A stretch of 54,911 bases of DNA, the filler included, from Catajapyx aquilonaris (lineage: Eukaryota), in NCBI GenBank assembly GCA_000934665.2. It is 2 parts of 2 records of this genome, joined end to end, with 100 filler letters (N's around TTAATTAATTAA, not from the genome) between each part and the next. Parts side by side here need not be neighbours in the genome. Positions count along the whole stretch, not along the records: positions 1 to 27,560 come from JYFJ02005084.1; positions 27,661 to 54,911 come from JYFJ02005085.1. One strand, given 5' to 3'. The notes beneath the pieces were generated by a model that did not search any database, had not been told where the DNA came from, and saw nothing but the letters and a program-made list of their open reading frames with translations. Below, one piece after another: positions 25,094 through 38,108 of the stretch (the stretch's first letter is position 1; every line of letters starts with the position of its first letter). The position numbers and the translations under genes were made by a program.

Positions 25094-25809
25094 GTGTAGC
25101 TTCTCCTTTTATTCTCAGACTCCTCCATACAGACACCAGGCTTCTACACACACCAGGCTTCTCTCCACACTCTGTCTGGGGACCGCCGAACGTCACGGCC
25201 ATCCGGCCAATCAGAGACGGGCACCCCCAGCGCCACATGAGAAGTGGCGGCATACTTTTGTACTACTAGGCTAGCAGACATCCTGGAATTTTCCCCTCCG
25301 CTGTGCCAGCAACGTGGGCCTTCTCGGTGACCGCCGCGCCGCCCGGCTCTTGCCTATTGCCGATCCACTTGAGCGCAGCCCGCCACTTGCCGCCATCGCC
25401 GTCCGTCCTGCAGAGCATTGACTTTAGAGATTAACTAATTGCTGTAAAACATGGGTCTACAGTTACGGTCGACGTATACATGGATGAATGTTTCCTACAA
25501 CATGTATGATAAAACAAAAAAAAAAAGAGGGGGTGGCTTAAGTTACCCCCCGATATGGGGTAACTTAAGCCAGCAGGAAGAATTCAGTGTTTCGCTTATG
25601 TTAGACGATGACACGGTAACAAAGTCCGTTCACAGGGCGAAAATAAACATTTGCATATTGCTCCAGAAATTTATTATTCAAAATTTCAGTTCATATAAGG
25701 GAAAGTATGGCGGCCTCTCTTTATGCTCACCGGCTGTACAGAACAAACAATATTTCTGATATGTGAACATACATTTCATCATCAACAATGCTCCCAACTA
25801 GGCAACTAC

Positions 25810-26082
25810 TAGGGCTGTGCGATATCCGAAAAAATATCGAATCGAAGTCGATATATCGAAAATCGAAAAACCGACATCGAAAACCGACATCGCAAAAGAT
25901 CGAAAACCGACATCGAACCGACATCGAAAAATATCGCAAATCGACATCGAACCGACATCGAAAAATATCGAAAACCAGCATCGCGATATTCGATACATCG
26001 CACATGCCAAGCGTCGGATATCGCAACTTCGATATTAGGAAAATATCGTATCGACAGTTGATCGAAATATCGCTCAGCCCTA
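25810..26082. mobile_element. hAT-like MITE (same family as 7017-7251)
   Basis: TAGGGCTGTGCGATAT ... ATATCGCTCAGCCCTA; 8-bp TSD GCAACTAC/GTAACTAC; internal ACCGACATCGA repeats. Confidence 0.88.
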
Positions 26083-26196
26083 GTAACTACTACTCTCCTG
26101 ACCCCCGCAGAAGCTAATCTCCGCACTTCTTGCCAGGCTTGGAACAAGTGGCCTATGTTACCCCGTACATGACGCAACGATTAATTTTTAAGTATA

Positions 26197-26764
26197 CAGG
26201 GTGTCTATTGTAACTCTGCAAAGACTTTCAGGGGTAATAGAGGGGACCAAGACAAGTATTTTTGACATAGGAACCCGTGTCCGGAAACGCCATCTAGAGG
26301 GGGTTCATAGACAAGGAAGGGATGCGCTCAGACGCGTCAGGCGCGTCAGGCGCTAGGCGAGAGGACTGTTTTGTTGATAGATGGCGCTCGGATAGTAACC
26401 AACGATGCGATGTGCCATAACCTGGCAATAGCAGAGCCATCTAGCAACTAAAGTACGCCTCCTAGGAGATGCGCGGATAGTCAACAGCTGTTCTGTTGTT
26501 GCCAGGTTATGGCGTATCGTGTTGTTGTTTACTTACAACGACGCGATACGCCATAACCTGGCAACAACTGCGCGCCATCTATCAACAACACAGTCCGCTC
26601 GACTAGCGCCTCTCGCGTGACGCGTCTGAGCACACCCCTTCCTTGTGTATGAACCCCCTCTAGATGGCGTTTCCGGACACGGGTTCCTATGTCAAAAATA
26701 CTTGTCTTGGTCCCCTCTATTACCCCTGAAAGTCTTTGCAGAGTTACAATAAACACTGACCCTG
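26197..26764. mobile_element. Tc1/mariner-type MITE (relative at 54564-54911, running off the window)
   Basis: TA|CAGGGTG..., near-perfect inverted arms longer than 130 bp, ...CCCTG|TA. Confidence 0.9.
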
Positions 26765-26908
26765 TATATTGACACCAAAATGGAAATTTAAGCTATGCAG
26801 TATAACTACCTTAAAAGGACTGTTGCAGGTTGTTTCATCATCTTTATAGCGAATTAAATTCAAACAGACGATGTTGGCGATGAAAGTTACGTATAGGGTA
26901 GCCTATTT

Positions 26909-27560
26909 AAGGGGCGATAGCCCCTTAGTAAGACCGTAGCATAGATTTCAACAATGAATTTCTTCAACATCTTCTTTTTCTTCTTGTTGTTGTTACGTTT
27001 TTTTTATTCGCCCTAACTCAAGATCTGCTGTAGGTAGAGCTTCCAAATTTTGAACACAGATGCCCACTGTCGTGAAGTGCATTCCTACCATTTACGGCTA
27101 AACTCAATTCCTCTTCAAAACGCCGCAAAAAATTTAAAACCACCGAAAAATACGTCTATATTTTTTTGCTCAATAACTATTCGGAATTCGGTTCCCTCAT
27201 CAAAAGGTCGAAGGTGCAGTGGGATGGTGCGGATCTATGTTCAAAATCTCACAGTTCCCACTGCTACAGGATTGGAGGTGTGATTTTTTTACCTGTTATT
27301 TTTTCTGTCATTAATTCATTTGTTCAATCCCATCACCTAGAAACGACAATCTTGTTTACCCACTAGCTATATTGTTATTAGCCAAATGTTACCCTGCCGC
27401 TGGTGTGAACGCATTGCACTTATTACAGATTTACAGTTGAATCCGGATATAACAGCCTCGGCAATAACAGACTTGGTTATAAAGGCCGTCCCGGCATGCT
27501 TCCATTAGGCACTGTGTATTTGCACTCCTGATGTAACAGACTCATTTTCACCTCACCTCC
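26909..27560 (-). mobile_element. Second, highly similar copy of the DINE-like element, cut by the gap
   Basis: Reverse complement of ~11452-12098, including the nested Tigger-like MITE end. Confidence 0.9.
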
Positions 27561-27660
27561 NNNNNNNNNNNNNNNNNNNNNNNNNNNNNNNNNNNNNNNN
27601 NNNNTTAATTAATTAANNNNNNNNNNNNNNNNNNNNNNNNNNNNNNNNNNNNNNNNNNNN
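27561..27660. other. Assembly gap with artificial linker
   Basis: 44 N + TTAATTAATTAA + 44 N (stop codons in all six frames). Confidence 0.97.
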
Positions 27661-28036
27661 ATATATATATATATATATATATATATACGATAACAAATTA
27701 TATGCCCTTACAGCAAGAACTAGTGATGCACAGAACTAACTCAGTTTTGATAATAGATCAGGAATAATATTTGAAATGAGCTTTTGAAAAATGAACTCCT
27801 TTTAAAATGTAGCGTGTTCCTCATTTATTAATAAACCTTTTCCCACCTGCGCAAAACATATTCGCAATATATTGTACAAAAAATATTACACTTCACAATA
27901 CTGCGCACCAACCGAAATAATTCAACATGTTAAGTCTCTTTTACAATCTCATAGTGCACATTCACACGAAACATGCCCTTAGATCAAGTGAGACTAGCAA
28001 TATGAACCCTTTGGTATATAGCACTACTGACAGAAA

Positions 28037-28261
28037 CGTGCAGAGTGCATGAGTCGTCTCTGACTTCGTCTCGGGTGGAATATCCTTAGACTAATCCACC
28101 CGGGGGAGCTCACAAAACGACCACATTTCAGACAAGGCACTGCACTTGCACATCCCCTCCTGTCATCCTGCCCGCGGGCCCGGGCGTTGTAAAAATAGGA
28201 TTCCAACTTGTAATAACACTTCAATAAATGTCTGGCAGAAAACCCCTAGGGGTACGCCTAT
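28037..28261 (+). mobile_element. 5'-truncated SINE family 1, tail type B
   Basis: Shared core CTTCGTCTCGGGTGG..CCACCCGGGGGAG; 15-bp TSD CACTACTGACAGAAA. Confidence 0.9.
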
Positions 28262-28281
28262 CACTACTGACAGAAAAGGTC

Positions 28282-28579
28282 ACCCATTGTACATGGAGTT
28301 GCTGAATGAAACTAGGCACAATAATAATTTATTATAGACAGGTAAGTTATTAACCAAAATGCAAACCATTTCGGCCTATATAAAGACACAAGGTCAAAAG
28401 TTATGACTTCTCGATTTCAACCCGGACAGCTTACGTAAGCGAGAAGGGCAGATAAAAAGAAGCAGAGCAAATTAGCACTTATGCATGTTTTTAATGAAAT
28501 GTTCAAAACAAAACCCATTTGTACAATGACACATCTCACAAACTATAAGTTTCATTCAGAAACTCCATGTACAATGGGT
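28282..28579. mobile_element. MITE
   Basis: ACCCATTGTACATGGAGTTGCTGAATGAAAC / GTTTCATTCAGAAACTCCATGTACAATGGGT. Confidence 0.75.
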
Positions 28580-28812
28580 TTGCAGGGAATTAGGGGGCCG
28601 GTGACGCAATCTTGACCTTTTCCCCGACCTTTCTAGTTCATTCGTGAAATTTTCTTATTCTGAGCATGCATCAGAGAGTGTCACCGCTATTACACTGCTG
28701 ACATTTGTTGCTAAAATGAGCATATGTTGAGAGTTGCCAATTTTATCGAAGCATTTATGGAAAATTGGTGACTCTAAAGGAATAAAGCATCCTTGTGATT
28801 GTCCTGCGAATA

Positions 28813-29392
28813 CAGTAAAACTTTTATAAGTCGAATCTCCATGGGGCCGGGAAAAAACTTTCAGTTATAGAAGATTCGAGTTAGGGAAGTTTGGATTTTC
28901 AAAAGCACAGAACTCTATAAGGAAGCCTACCTTTATATCCAGCGACGAAAGGGCGGGTTCAAAACTGAAAAGTAACTATCATTGTCACACTTACAATGTT
29001 CCTCGTTGTTTTGGTGTAAAAAAAAATCTCCGTTATGTACATTTGCCTACTCTTAGATCGAGTCAAACACTTCTTTCGGTGCGTTTGGTAGACTGAGATC
29101 AAGAAATTTAGCCTGTCTGTACATGTGGCCTACTCTCGACCCTTCGGCTGGGAAATGAGAAAATTTTCCGTACTCGCCAACATGAACTTGGACTTAGGGA
29201 GACTGAAAATGCATTGATATCCCATCGTAAGGCCCTGCCTGCTCTTCGAGTTATGGAGAACTTCGAGTTATAGAAATTCGAGTTAGGGAAGTTTATTTCC
29301 TATTCTTTTACATTGTGACCAACCAAGCTCGTCATTTTCTTCGACTTATAGAGAACTTCGACTTATGGAAGTTCGACTTATAGAAGTTTTAC
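28813..29392. mobile_element. pogo/Tigger-like MITE
   Basis: TA|CAGTAAAACTTTTATAAGTCGAA ... TTCGACTTATAGAAGTTTTAC; subterminal TTCGAGTTA repeats. Confidence 0.8.
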
Positions 29393-29551
29393 CTCAAAAC
29401 GACAACATGATCCTACAATATGTAATTATTGTATCATACTGGGAACATGATCCGTGTGTGCCGTGTGCCGTGTGCCGTGTGTGAGTGGATGCTCGTGTGA
29501 GAAAGAGTCCTGATAGGTTATTTCCTTGTTGGCCAAGTGTTATAAAAGTAG

Positions 29552-30001
<450 letters not shown>

Positions 30002-30293
30002 TAATTCGAGTTATTGCTATCTTTTAGGCCTAAGTAATCGATACTCCTCGCTTTGGGTCACCACTGTTAGGTTACATCCCTCTCAAATGGCCATGAGATA
30101 ACTATAGTTCCACACTTTGAATGGACAACCAAAATTCATATCACCTGTGTGTGAGGGCTAAGCTTCTTCTAAACACAAATATTCAAACCATCACAGCTTC
30201 CGAGAGAGGCTATTTATTTTACAGGCCAAGAGCACGGTCTTATAATACTCAGGTCTGGTCACTCCCCCTCTTATCGTGTTCTGGGTTTGACGG

Positions 30294-30714
30294 TTGACGG
30301 GGTGGTAATGCGCTTTTTGGCCGCTGCAGCGCTGAACTGCTGCAGCGATTACCGTGTGCCTAGCGGGGCTCATTTGCACTTAACCCTGGAACCGTGCCGT
30401 GGGGTCTTTTTGGACCCCAAGGAATTAAAATGGATTAAAATGATGATTACAATGAACTTTTGCAATTTTTTACAGTATGTAACAGGAAGTGCATGTTCAT
30501 TTTGAATTAGCGATCATTTTAGGCATAGTTCAAAGAATGATTGCATATAGTCAATACATTGAAAAGTATTATATAAAAATTAATAAATATTAAAATATGG
30601 ATTGGGTCCGAAACGATCCCACGGCACGGTTCCAGGGTTAATATAAGACACGGTAGCAGCAAGGTTGCACAGTTGCCTACCGTGTCTTCATTACTCGCAT
30701 TACCACCCCGTCAA
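30294..30714. mobile_element. MITE with a nested piggyBac-type MITE (30384-30637)
   Basis: Outer TIR TTGACGGGGTGGTAATGCG / CGCATTACCACCCCGTCAA; inner TTAA|CCCTGGAACCGTGCCGTGGG ... CCCACGGCACGGTTCCAGGG|TTAA. Confidence 0.85.
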
Positions 30715-30852
30715 TAGAGCTTGGGTACAAGTGTCAGGGGGCTGATCAAGAGGTTGAAGTTCTTTTAGCCACAAAAAAAACTATTCAATCTTTTCATGAC
30801 ATTGGCATGTGAAAAATCCTTAACGACATGTACGAAGCGAGAGGATCTTTAT

Positions 30853-30984
30853 TCTTCTTCTTCTTCTTCTTCTTCTTCTTCTTCTTCTTCTTCTTCTTCT
30901 TCTTCTTCTTCTTCTTCTTCTTCTTCTTCTTCTTCTTGCCGCCGCTGCTGCTGCTGCTGCTACTACTACTACTACTATTATTAT
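30853..30984. repeat. Compound trinucleotide microsatellite (TTC)n(CCG)(CTG)n(CTA)n(TTA)n
   Basis: Read directly from the sequence. Confidence 0.95.
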
Positions 30985-31112
30985 ATTATTTTATATCATA
31001 TTATATTATTGGTAGGCCTATATTACTTATTGGCTATAAATTATTTTATTTTAGTGTCCTACGAACGTGCCCATAGGCACGTTTGTGATTCTCCTGCTTC
31101 TAATTATTCTAG

Positions 31113-31221
31113 GGACCAGATCAACCTAGCCGTTTTGTCTCTGAAGGAAAATGGCGACCTGGCACGGTTCCACAACAAATGGTGGTACGACCGGAGCGAG
31201 TGTCAGCATACCGACAAGCAG
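31113..31221 (+). CDS. GluRIA: AMPA-type receptor exon homologous to the flip/flop module: DQINLAVLSLKENGDLARFHNKWWYDRSECQHTDKQ
   Basis: Acceptor TTATTCTAG, phase 2 to 0, donor CAG|GTAAGA; NLAVL and NKWWYD..EC motifs. Confidence 0.96.
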
Positions 31222-32175
31222 GTAAGATCATGATCGTTTCGTTGCGCATGAGGTAAATCAAAAGCCATGCAGTGTATGTCATATATCAAATTAATGTGCT
31301 TGCAATCTCTTACCTGTAAGTATCGCCAGCACCTATATAATCATAAATTTAATTTTGGTTACAATACTAATCCAAGTTGATATTTTTTTTAAATTCCGAT
31401 GGAAAGCTATTGCAGCCTCCTGGTAGAAGCCGTTAACAGCGGACTTGTGTGGAATTACACGGGAATATAATAAAGTGCATGCAAAGCCCTCAACACAACC
31501 TAATGCAATTTGAGTTTGATGACTCCGCGGTCTGGACATTAGCAGAAATTTCCGGCTATGAAAATAACCTCTAGCAGGCGATAATATTGCAAGTCAAGAA
31601 AAAAAGGTTTGGCAGGTGCGACACGAAAGCAGTCAGGTTTTAGTGCAGGGGTGGAATCGAAATCATGGCAATGTCACATAAAACTCGGTTGATTTACGAG
31701 CCCTACATTCCCTATCCTTACTCCACCACTCCCTCTCCCTTCTGTCGATCCAACAAGTGCCGCCTTCCATCAGACTCGGCTTATAATGGCCACTATTTCT
31801 TTTGAGATCCGGATATCGATCCCAGCGACTCGAGTTCAAGTCATCGGCCCTGTCCGAGCAAGACATTTCCAGGCAATTTGACCCCCTTCCTCCCCCTCCC
31901 CCTTCCCCTTTCCCAAGCTATAAATAGAGTCATTTTTGGAAATGTTTTGAGTTTTGTTGCCATTGGTGGCGGGGTTTTCCTTACTTCGCCCAAATTCCAC
32001 TTAGCATGATTCAATACGAGGCAAACGACTCCTTCGCATGTTCACGATCGATGTTAGAATAGCGAAATGAAATTAATAGGAACTTAATTCCTGCTGCTTG
32101 ATTCATTGTTATAGGTCATGATTGTAGTCAGGGCTTGGAATTTTTATGGTATCAGATCTGTTGAGGTACAGTATG

Positions 32176-32609
32176 CAGGGTGCCCGTGAACCGACTAGTC
32201 AGACCTGTACCCGTGGCTCAATTGACACCAGAGGATCATGTTATGTAGAGGAGTCATTTTGTCTGGGCAGCCTCATTGATGAGATAATATATTGATCATT
32301 TGCGATTCCCTTCAGAGACCCTGGGTCGGTCATCAGGGCACCCTTCGGCCATCCCTATTGCGTGTCAGTGTGTACCATGCGACATGCCAGTAGCCAAATG
32401 GGATCGCTGCTATTTTAACGATGATACGATTTCGGGCTGAAGGTTTCCATACCTCCCAGGATACTTTGTACCATTTTGTACTTGTACTGTGAAGGCAATT
32501 ACTTCAGTAATGAGGCTGCCCAGACATAATGACTCCTCTACATAACATGATCCCCTGGCGTCAATTGAGCCACGGTTACAGGTCTGACAGGTCAATTCAC
32601 GGATACCCT
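32176..32609. mobile_element. Tc1-type MITE (relative at 40020-40456)
   Basis: CAGGGTG termini; ~100-bp arms sharing GAGGAGTCATTATGTCTGGGCAGCCTCATT. Confidence 0.8.
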
Positions 32610-35600
32610 TATAGTATGGATCAAATCTTTCAGATAGAGTAACTAAAAGTCTCGTTTAACTAAAATCATTATGTATAACATTCTCATATTCGTGCAAAGC
32701 AATACCAAAATTAAGTACTCATATACCGGTACATACAGTACATTGATTGTTTCCTACATTACATTAAAGGGACACTCCACTCAAAATACAAGTTGGGCTT
32801 TAAAAATCGGGCAAAAAATCCTTATTCCGAGAGTATAAGCAGTTTTTCTGAGAGACGAACGGTAAGGCCAGGACGAGAGGTCAGATTCGTAAAATAATAG
32901 TCTCCTGCGCAGCGAGTGGTGCCGAACCACAAGCCTGGACGGGGCTTTCTAGTAGCTACAAGTAACTGCTAATGACACGTCCCTCGCCTAGGCCTGTAGT
33001 GCGTGCTACACCTAATTGTTTAACAACAAAATGAGTAGGCTAATGTTGTAGCCTGGCATACACAAATAGTGCTTCAAATTGGAATTAGTAATTGAAACAG
33101 AGCCATTAGCACTCTTCTGGGCCCTAACACATATTAGCTGCTATTCTCAAACGCGTCGCGGTTATTCCATGACGGTGCAGTCCAGTGAATCTGTTCCGGG
33201 ACCGAATATCATGGAAAAAGCGAGTGCGCGACCTGATACGGAGGCTAACGAGGTAGTCAGGAGCCACAACGGTGCGGAGAAGGCATCACTTAGCTCCGAC
33301 GGGGGGAAAAGCACGTTGAGCACCTTTAATTCGCGCCATCCCCTTGTCTAGTTCCGCCCGATTCGCCTTCCTCTGGTGGAGTCGCCACCTGCGCCGAGCG
33401 CAGTTTTCGAACGACACACTTCCAGCTTTCACCCTGGCCTTGCCGTTCGTCTCTCATTGTCAGAAAAACTGATTATATCATCGGAATCAGGATTTTTTGT
33501 CCGATTTTTAGAACCCAACTTGTATTTTGAGTGGAGCTGCAGGACTCCGATCACAAGAGTGCCTGCCCTCGAGGACTATCCTAAAAAACCTGATAGATCA
33601 AAAAGGACAGAAAATGTGCCCATAACGAGGGACGAAACTAGTGAGCATATCGAGGTCTACGTTTCACCTGAAAGATACACACATTCTAAGATGGAGTTTG
33701 TGTTGCATTGGAAGGTACACCCAAGTGTTGGTCGTCTTTTGTCATTAGCCTGCCGACTTTTATCTCGATATTTTTTTAAACTCTAATTGTACTATCCTTT
33801 TGGGCCATTGATAGCCAGATAACACTGTATACATGTTTTACTGGATGGTTTTCCTTTTTATAAGCCCACGCAATGTCTTCCTAGCTTTGTTCCATATTCT
33901 TATCTCCAAAATGAATGTGTCCTGGATGGCATGACTTTCTTGCCCTATGGGGATGCTGATGGGTTGCAACGGACAGTTCAGCCCAGGAACCATGACAACA
34001 AAATAATAAAAGTAGATAAATGTAAAGTGTTGTTCTGAAAATTCACGTTGAAGTTTGAAATGACGCGGACATTAATCTGCGTAAAAATTTCAGTTACGGT
34101 ACACGTAGAGTAGGCCTACTAGTATATTATTACGTTGCCCTGATTCATGCTGCAGATAAGCCCCTGTCACCTTCATCTTGGTGCAGTTTGTCAAATTTCT
34201 GGATAAAATTATAATAAACTAAGTCATGTCACACAAAATGCGGTCAGTTAATCAGAACTACTGAAGATGCGCGCTTTAAATAATTGATGAAAAATTGATG
34301 AAAATACTGAATGAAATACAGTTCCACGTGAGGTGTATTTTTCGCCGGACATTATTTTTTCGACAGATCCAGCTGGGTTTCCAATTATATGTCAATTATT
34401 ACTGTAGGAGCTCATCCCATTTTTGAGTAATAAAATTGCTTCAAATATTGTAAGTTCAAACAATGTGCACTATGTCCAGCAAGGACAAAATCAACGATTA
34501 CGGATATTTTAATAGTAGAGGGTGCAAAGTTGATCTTACTTGTGCAAGTTTACAGTACTTACAATTTTGCATCCCAGCAACGTCGTCTGGCCTTCATATT
34601 CCATAACTTTTCAACTATCCTTATCATATTTATGGGCTTTGGATTTGCATATTTTTTATTCCAGAAATAGGATGTGTTGAAACAGGCAATATTCTTGTTC
34701 TGGATACCCACGGAATTACGCATTGTAATTTTTTTCATGACAGCTACATTAGTATTTATCAGAGGTGATTCAGGGATTCATTTGATAAGCCAGAGCTCAA
34801 GTGGTGCCTCCATCGATCCAGCCAGGAAGCTCCCGGAATCCCTGGATCGAATAGGCATTGTTGTGTGTGACGGCCTACTTTGCCGTGTTGACGGGCTTGC
34901 AAGCTGATAAATTGTGAGATTGGCCGTTACTTTGTTGGTGCGGCATCACCCTCCCCTACTTTCCCCAGCCTCTCCCCTACGCTAACCCACCACCACCACC
35001 TTCCTCCATCCAGCAAACTCCTTGCACATCTCTCTCGCTCTCTCTGGCGCTTGAATTAATTAGAGGTGGGCTTCACTCTGGGACTGCAGAAGGAGTTAAT
35101 TAGCTTATCAATCAGACCAGTGCTCGCATCCAAAGTCGGGCTTCACCCGCCTACCTACCTACCTACCTACCTACCTACCTACCTCCCCTCTCTCCCCTCC
35201 CTCCCTACCTCCTCCCCCCTTCTCATCCTACTTTCCCCAAACTGTAGCATCACCAAGAAGAGAAAATAATCAAGTGACAATATCGCGCTCGCTGGAGTAA
35301 TGCACACGTGCTTCAGTTGTGCTCATTTCTGCCTTGGGGGGAGGCATCCGCGTGAAGACCAGCCTTTATCACCACCCTTTGATGCGCTTCCCTCCCCTGA
35401 AGGAAGAAATAACAGAGCCGATTGTTCAGTGCTGCAAAAACCTAGTGTACAGGAGAATTTCTCTTCTTTGTTGTACTCCCGCCAAAAGAAACGTTGATGT
35501 TGCCAAAAGTTGGCTATGGGTAATATGGAAACGTCGAGATGATGCCTTACACCAATCCATTTTGCACACTTTGATGGCAAGGAGAACAAGGGTATTGAGT

Positions 35601-37094
35601 TCAAGATTGTGCCTTAAGTGTTTGCTGTCTGCAATAATAACGCTCCATTCAGCTGTTCTGAACATCAAGCATCGTGATAAGAAAACAACTCATGTATTAG
35701 ACCAACTTGCAAAGGTGCGTCTTTGAGAGTCTGGTATAGGTAATGACAAGTTTGCCTTTCTATATGAAGTAGATAATTTTTTATGTATGGAATTAATTTG
35801 TCGTGATGTTATATTCGTGTTCAAAGGCGTTAAAATAATATTCAATTCTGTCTTCGTACAGGCTTATAGCGTACCGGAACTCGTTGGCCCAAAGTAAGTC
35901 GAAAATGTATGGGTGAGAAATGCAGAGGGACCAACCGGTGCGGTGACGAGGTAGATGACCAGACGCATTGATCTGCCCCTAGACACATGCGGCAACACAC
36001 ACTACACCTTTGTGTAGGGAGATCTCCTGGCATACGGCCCGACAAACCTTACAATGGTTGCCTAGGGAGCAGGACATGGGATTACAGAAATGATACACTA
36101 AATATTGATAGGATTTTGAGTGGTCGTCTAGTGAATAGCATCCAGTGTTACGGTCACATCCTTCTTCCTAGACAGCGAATATCCATGCATGGGACGCTGA
36201 TTGCCGGTCTCGCCACAAAAACTCGTTTGCCTAAAATAAGGGGCACCGAAACCTTCATCGTCGACTGCCTCGTTACCTGTTGGTCATGCGACATTTTTCT
36301 GACTCCTACATTTTACATTCTTTAGGCCCAAAGATTATATACACTGGCTGCCGAAAGTTCCATTAGTAACAAGATAACAGCAGTAAAAATAGTGATATTC
36401 GAGATTACACTGACTGTCAAATGCTTAAATGTCAGTTTAGAACAAGTCTCTTATTTCATTGACTTCAGGCAGTTTCCGATATGTTCCGAATCCGGAATAT
36501 CATTGTTCAAACGTCACTTTGACTCCCCAAGTGGATGGTCTGTAAAATGCACTTCGACAAACAAATATTCGCCTGATGCCCTATAGAATAGCGGCTTGCA
36601 CTGTAATATACTAGTAATATGTAACGACGTGACGCGACGCAAGGGGGCATCTGTGAACGGTGAACATGCATCGGGCGAGTTTGCATCGGGCGAATTTGTA
36701 TGATACCCTGTAAAAAAAAACTGCCTCCAGAGAATACGAATCATGGCAACTGACCTTTTCAATGACACTGCCTGGAGTTCATTTTCGGATCGTTTTTCAG
36801 CAATACAAATTGAAAGAGCACGGTGAGGTAGGTTTTTCTTTTTGCGGTTACGATCAGTATATATTCCACATTAAATTTTAAAATTCTCATTTACTTATGA
36901 TTTTTTTGTGGACTATTGAAAATTCTGCCATATGGGCCCATGTTAAATCGCGAACTTCTGAGCGCTCTAGTTCGCTAATTTGCACGGAGACGTGTATTTT
37001 TCTTTGCGCCATTGATAAGAGGACACGAAACTGCGTAACATATGTTTTTTTCATAAAATTCTCATTAAGTGACTCTAGCTTCATTTCCACCTTA

Positions 37095-37739
37095 AGGCCT
37101 CTACACAAATTCGGCGGAAGGCTGAGTGGGCGGAAAACGTGCGATTGGGGCGCGGAATGTGAGTGGTGGCAATATTCACAAATTCGGCGGTGGTGCTGCG
37201 GGCGGAAACTGGTGCGGTGGGCGGAAACTGGTGCGGTGGGAACAAAGATATCTGCTACATATAACTTCTAGATACATAACTGCTAAGAAAAAGTGAAGCC
37301 AGTTTGTGCTAGGGGTTTGTGCCAGTCGCCCAAAGCAAAGATGGCGGCTTTGGGCGACTTAGAACAATCTGCCGTGGTGTCCTGTACGTAGTTGGGCATC
37401 TTCAAGGGATGCCCCGCGCCCCTGGAAACGTCCCACTGCGGTCCGGCCCATCTGCACAGGGCCCGACCATAAGGCCGCTTCTGTTGCCCCGCACAAAGTA
37501 ACGATGGCGCCATCTTTACTTTGGGCATGATTTGGCTTCACTCGGCTGATATGGAAAGGGATAGCGAGTTATGCATCTAGCAGTATACAGTATATAGCAG
37601 ATATCTTTGGGTGGGAATCGCCCAAGTCCATCTGGATGGACTTTGCGATTGCACCTCTCAGGTTCCGCGCCCCAGACCACGCCCCCAAACGGACTCTTGC
37701 CGCCCGCTCAGCCTTCCGCCGAATTTGTGAAGCAGGCTT
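37095..37739. mobile_element. PIF/Harbinger-like MITE with nested MITE (37292-37541)
   Basis: CACAAATTCGGCGGAAGGCTGAG / CTCAGCCTTCCGCCGAATTTGTG arms, TTA-like flanks; inner AGTGAAGCCA / TGGCTTCACT. Confidence 0.7.
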
Positions 37740-38108
37740 TAGGCTCCTTTGGAAGCCTCTAAAGCATTGAGCAGCTCTGTTCAGGAAGGCAAGCTCAGCT
37801 AATTTTTCCACACAGTCTTCAAGATTTCAAACCCAAACATTTTGCCAGTCTTACTGTGGTTTGCCACACCTTATGATATCTGATCCGATGTGAGATTTTC
37901 ATCATATCGTTCTAGGGCCATGTACAGTACTATATTACTAGCAAAAATATGTCAGACAAAATAATTGAGGGTTCAATAATAATATTATGGCCTTATATGG
38001 TTTGGTTTGTTGCGGGAGCAACAGCAACTTCTGGCTATCTGGCATGGGGAGAGGGGGACTTGAGTGAGGAAAGGAGGCTTTTGGACAGTGGGCGGAAACG
38101 GAATAATG

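Noticed and set aside
25788..26177. Overlapping ORFs on both strands (RHRKISK / FDIFRCRF), also at 6958-7384
   Set aside because: Produced by the stop-poor ATCGA repeats of a hAT-like MITE; not genes
30731..30747. Possible editing-complementary sequence pairing with 29868-29880
   Set aside because: Only ~10 bp with a bulge, 850 nt away; expected by chance
30796..31233. 145-aa ORF with poly-S/C/Y
   Set aside because: Only 31113-31221 is exon; the rest is intronic microsatellite read in frame
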